IMG/VR virus record: IMGVR_UViG_3300045988_104133
Coordinates: 22,871 to 86,870 of that record
Length of the DNA stretch: 64,000 nt
Source of the DNA: a virus
Strand: one strand, 5' to 3'
Both the position numbers and the translations under genes were made by a program. Below the pieces are notes generated by a model, which searched no databases, was not told the origin of the DNA, and was given only the letters and a program-made list of their open reading frames with translations. Shown here piece by piece: positions 63,957 to 64,000 of the stretch (position 1 is the first letter of the stretch; the number at the start of each line of letters is the position of its first letter).

Positions 63957-64000
63957 AGCGAGATACGGGAGTCGAACCCGCCTCACAGGCTTGGGAAGCC
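63957..64000 (-). tRNA. 3' part of a tRNA gene, probably tRNA-Gly(CCC), continuing beyond the window
   Basis: The reverse complement reads ...GGCTTCCCAAGCCTGTGAG-GCGGG-TTCGACT-CCCGT-ATCTCGC-T. This gives a T arm with a TTCGA loop, a 7-nt acceptor strand, and an anticodon loop TTCCCAA. CCA is not encoded. Confidence 0.7.

Noticed and set aside
1-64000. Genome-wide stop-codon reassignment (TGA or TAG recoding), as reported for some gut phages
   Set aside because: Structural and lysis genes, including ORFs of 2964 and 2297 codons, are intact under the standard code. Only one in-frame TGA (50757) was seen.

Overview
The window lies almost entirely inside a large temperate, siphovirus-like phage or prophage of a Bacteroidota-type host. 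The host inference rests on many TAnnTTTG -7 promoter boxes, no obvious Shine-Dalgarno sites, and a Bacteroidetes-style tyrosine integrase next to a tRNA 3' end at the right edge. All calls come from hand reading of the sequence and recalled family motifs. No searches or folding programs were run. Layout: 0-2.3 kb (+) holds accessory and possibly anti-defence genes (RtcB fragment, DUF2829/Tad2-like, DUF1653-dUTPase fusion). 2.3-33.4 kb (-) holds the lysis cassette, unknown genes, a self-contained moron, AT-rich receptor-binding genes, a 2964-aa tail fibre, a 2297-aa tape measure, a -1 frameshifted tail chaperone, and tail, connector, capsid and scaffold genes. 33.5-38.2 kb (+) holds terminase, portal and MuF. 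38.4-43.5 kb (-) holds a replication/nucleotide module ending in a D5/P4-type primase-helicase. 43.5-44.6 kb is an AT-rich iteron region, probably the origin. 45.8-58.1 kb (+) is an array of about 27 small genes. 58.2-59.6 kb holds a second small-gene set with a different leader. 59.1-60.3 kb holds candidate small or structured RNAs. 60.4-62.5 kb is a three-gene membrane cassette, followed by the integrase, arm-type repeats and a partial tRNA-Gly. The most unusual signal is in the 12-kb small-gene array. Almost every gene is separated by one conserved module: a stop codon embedded in AGCCAAA, a GC-rich tetraloop hairpin, TTAACCAA, and AGAATTATG. Three inverted 'anti-leader' copies of that module each sit directly in front of a T-tract terminator, and one of them has its own promoter, making it a candidate antisense sRNA. 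The array also contains a gene with an in-frame TGA, a truncated reverse-transcriptase-like ORF with a frame break, an ORF-less structured-RNA cassette and an irregular repeat block. No repressor, CRISPR array, rRNA or complete DGR was recognised.
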